Origin: Octopus bimaculoides
Lineage: Eukaryota
Direction of reading: 5' to 3'
DNA: 64,000 nucleotides
Assembly (NCBI RefSeq): GCF_001194135.2
Contig: NC_068984.1
Coordinates: 31,470,879-31,534,878, forward strand
Shown: positions 63,955 through 64,000 of the stretch, in pieces
How positions within the stretch are numbered: position 1 is the first letter of the stretch
How the letters are laid out: the number at the start of each line of letters is the position of its first letter
Notes under the pieces: model-generated
What the model was told of the DNA's origin: nothing
The model's database searches: none
What the model saw: only the letters and a program-made list of their open reading frames with translations
Made by a program: the position numbers and the translations under genes

Positions 63955-64000
63955 GATGGGCTACTCAACATGAAAGAAAATTCTAACTGGGCCCCCATAT
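63955..64000 (+). mobile_element. Family F fragment (continues beyond the window)
   Basis: Matches 6483-6521. Confidence 0.7.

Overview
Eukaryotic, AT-rich, microsatellite-laden genomic DNA from a gapped short-read assembly (13 N-gaps, nearly all flanked by simple repeats). The SINE/LINE repertoire and repeat style point to an octopus (coleoid cephalopod); this is an inference from recall of these repeat families, not a database result. No complete host gene is visible, and almost all ORFs in the supplied track are artefacts of microsatellites, gaps or decayed transposons. The window reads as intronic/intergenic DNA full of mobile-element fossils. These include two Penelope-like GIY-YIG endonuclease fragments of different types, at least four R4/Dong-like RLE LINE copies (three stacked in tandem, one with an inverted 5' segment), RTE LINE fragments and several tRNA-headed SINE families. 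There are also hAT-, piggyBac- and Tigger-type MITEs, two long fold-back elements, a Chapaev3-like (CMC) transposase fossil, and an internally deleted Gypsy LTR element (gag+protease fused to the integrase tail). One good 37-nt minus-strand micro-exon candidate and a left-to-right rise in CpG density suggest the window may lie inside, or near the 5' end of, a long minus-strand gene. The most unusual items are the twin-priming-like inverted RLE LINE, the RT-less Gypsy derivative, a 265-bp direct-repeat-flanked insert with hammerhead-like motifs, and several strong dsRNA-forming structures. I found no evidence for a novel multi-gene system.
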